Shown here: piece by piece, positions 61,115 through 64,000 of the stretch | Numbering within the stretch: position 1 is the first letter of the stretch | Layout of the letters: each line of letters begins with the position of its first letter | Assembly (NCBI GenBank): GCA_002269645.1 | Contig: NIVC01002050.1 | Span: 124,001 to 188,000 of the forward strand | DNA length: 64,000 nucleotides | Source of the DNA: Macrostomum lignano | Lineage: Eukaryota | Reading direction: 5' to 3' | The notes under the pieces: model-generated | The model's input: only the letters and a program-made list of their open reading frames with translations | Told to the model about the DNA's origin: nothing | Database searches by the model: none | Program-made: the position numbers and the translations under genes

Positions 61115-61470
61115 CACTGCTGACACTAGCTTTACACTCAGCATCTGACACAGTAGCTTACCCTCAGCGCCTGACACTAGCTTACCCTTAACGCCTGACA
61201 CTAGCTTACCCTCAACACCTGACACTAGCTTACCCTCATCACCTGACACTAGCTTACCCTCAACACCTGACACTAGCTTACCCTCAACAGATGACACTAG
61301 CTTACCCTCAACACCTGACACTAGCTTACCCTCATCACCTGACACTAGCTTACCCTCAACACCTGACACTAGCTTACCCTCAACAGATGACACTAGCTTA
61401 CCCTCAACAGATGACACTAGCTTACCCTCAACAGATGACACTAGCTTACCCTCAACAGATGACACTAGAT
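61115..61470. repeat. 24-bp minisatellite (cctgacactagcttaccctcaaca)
   Basis: Period 24, ~14 copies. Confidence 0.93.
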
Positions 61471-61481
61471 TACACTCTTAG

Positions 61482-62842
61482 GACAGCTACAACAGGCACA
61501 GCAGGCACAGCTACAGCAGGCACAGCTACAACAGGCACAGCTACAACAGGCACAGCAGGCACAGCTACAGCAGGCACACCTACAACAGGCTCAGCTACAA
61601 CAGGCACAGCTACAGCAGGCACAGCTACAGCAGGCACAGCTAGAGCAGACACAGCTACAACAGGCACAGCTACAACAGGCACAGCTACAGCAGGCACAGC
61701 TACAGCAGGCACAGCTACAGCAGGCACAGCTAGAGCAGACACAGCTACAACAGGCACAGCTACAACAGGCACAGCTACAGCAGACAGCAGGCACAGCTAC
61801 AGCAGACAGCAGGCACAGCTACAGCAGGCACAGCTACAACAGGCACAGCTACAGCAGGCACAGCTACAGCAGGCACAGCTAGAGCAGACACAGCTACAAA
61901 GGCACAGCTACAAAGGCACAGCTACAGCAGGCACAGCTACAACAGGCACAGCTACAACAGGCACAGCTACAGCAGACACAGCAGGCACAGCTACAGCAGA
62001 CACAACAGGCACAGCTACAGCAGGCACAGCTACAGCAGGCACAGCTACAGCAGGCACAGCTACAACAGGCACAGCAGACACAACAGGCACAGCTACAGCA
62101 GACACAGCAGGCACAGCTACAGCAGACACAACAGGCACAGCTACAGCAGACACAACAGGCACAGCTACAGCAGACACAACAGGCACAGCTACAGCAGACA
62201 CAACAGGCACAGCTACAGCAGACACAGCAGGCACAGCTACAGCAGACACAACAGGCACAGCTACAGCAGACACAGCAGGCACAGCTACAGCAGACACAAC
62301 AGGCACAGCTACAGCAGACACAGCAGACACAGCAGGCACAGCTACAGCAGACACAACAGGCACAGCTACAGCAGACACAACAGGCACAGCTACAGCAGAC
62401 ACAACAGGCACAGCTACAGCAGACACAACAGGCACAGCTACAGCAGACACAACAGGCACAGCTACAGCAGACACAACAGGCACAGCTACAGCAGACACAA
62501 CAGGCACAGCTACAGCAGACACAGCAGGCACAGCTACAGCAGACACAGCAGGCACAGCTACAGCAGACACAGCAGGCACAGCTACAGCAGACACAACAGG
62601 CACAGCTACAGCAGACACAGCAGACACAGCAGGCACAGCTACAGCAGACACAACAGGCACAGCTACAGCAGACACAACAGGCACAGCTACAGCAGACACA
62701 ACAGGCACAGCTACAGCAGACACAACAGGCACAGCTACAGCAGACACAACAGGCACAGCTACAGCAGACACAACAGGCACATCTACAGCAGACACAACAG
62801 GCACAGCTACAGCAGAAACAACAGGCACAGCTACAGCAGGCT
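61482..62842. repeat. Composite 9/15/24-bp repeat (acagctacagcaggc; acagctacagcagacacaacaggc), possibly coding
   Basis: The unit changes from 15 to 24 bp along the array; translates as TATAG/TATADTTG on + or PVVSAVAV on -. Confidence 0.9.
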
Positions 62843-63371
62843 GATGCTTTATTGGCTGTTGAGCAGAATCTGCCGCCTTCAGAATTATTTGTGCCGGACA
62901 AAAATTTCTTCAATTTTTCCTTTTCACTTTAGTAGATAGATTTTGGACTAATCTACCCGCGCCTTTCCCGAGCTTGGGATTCGAATAATCCGCCGGGGAT
63001 TTGATGAGGCTCAGAGGATTCTGGAGTCGTCTTAGTCGAGCCACATCTGTGAATAGCGAATTTGGAAAGGCAGAATGCGGCACCAACAGCAGAGACATCT
63101 GCTCGAGGCGGGCCGGGCCAGAAATCAATTTAACTCGAGGTCCTCAGCGGGCGGCCAGCGAACCGCAGCCTGTCTGCCAGTTGGAATTGGCCCGCGGCCA
63201 CCGCTGCAAGTGCCGAACATCAATTAATTATTCGTATAGCCGAGCTCTGCATTTGCTTGCCTTAGATCGAAATTCCATGGCACCGTAAATTTTACACGAC
63301 CATACGAGTGAGTACACGCGGTCGGTTAAGGTCAGCTATTTTATTCACTTTTTACGCTTTTGATGTTCACG

Positions 63372-64000
63372 GTGGTGTGTTCTACATCCTCTGGTGTGTT
63401 CTACACCCTCTGGTGTGTTCTACACCCTCTGGTGTGTTTAACACCCTCTGGTGTGTTTAACACCCTCTGGTGTGTTCTACACCCTCTGGTGTGTTCTACA
63501 CCCTCTGGTGTGTTCTACACCCTCTGGTGTGTTCTACATCCTCTGGTGTGTTCTACACCCTCTGGTGTGTTCTACACCCTCTGGTGTGTTTAACACCCTC
63601 TGGTGTGTTTAACACCCTCTGGTGTGTTCTACACCCTCTGGTGTGTTCTACACCCTCTGGTGTGTTCTACACCCTCTGGTGTGTTCTACATCCTCTGGTG
63701 TGTTCTACACCCTCTGGTGTGTTTAACACCCTCTGGTGTGTTCTACACCCTCTGGTGTGTTTAACACCCTCTGGTGTGTTCTACACCCTCTGGTGTGTTC
63801 TACACCCTCTGGTGTGTTTAACACCCTCTGGTGTGTTCTACACCCTCTGGTGTGTTTAACACCCTCTGGTGTGTTCTACACCCTCTGGTGTGTTCTACAC
63901 CCTCTGGTGTGTTTAACACCCTCTGGTGTGTTTAACACCCTCTGGTGTGTTCTACACCCTCTGGTGTGTTTAACACCCTCTGGTGTGTTCTACACCCTCT
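63372..64000. repeat. 19-bp minisatellite (acaccctctggtgtgtt(c/t)(t/a)), runs off the right edge
   Basis: Period 19; internal acacc/ggtgt mini-hairpin. Confidence 0.97.

Overview
Animal genomic DNA with GC-rich exons, AT-rich spacers, GT-AG introns (one predicted at only 33 nt) and very many minisatellites. The style resembles a free-living flatworm such as Macrostomum (inference only). Genes I can support: the 5' exon of a LOTUS-domain gene running off the left edge; a two-exon UROD-like gene; a 7-exon TDRD5/Tejas-like LOTUS+Tudor gene; an intronless ZDHHC-family gene; an Rdx (MIEN1/SelW-like) gene; a 4-exon orphan with an N-myristoylation motif; a Snail-family zinc-finger gene; CFAP96 (C4orf47); and a PHD/F-box/LRR (FBXL19/KDM2-like) gene. 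The most striking structure is a 7.16-kb foldback-type element (14664-21822). Its two inverted arms are arrays of a 161-bp satellite, its outer ends are identical inverted sequences flanked by a 4-bp TGAA duplication, and its core is a decayed BEL/Pao gag-protease segment. A second theme is that three enzyme-family genes (UROD, DHHC, Rdx) and the Tudor domain have intact reading frames but lack hallmark catalytic or binding residues. Most long ORFs in the supplied track are artefacts of tandem repeats. No rRNA, tRNA or CRISPR array was recognised. All protein assignments come from remembered family motifs, not database searches.
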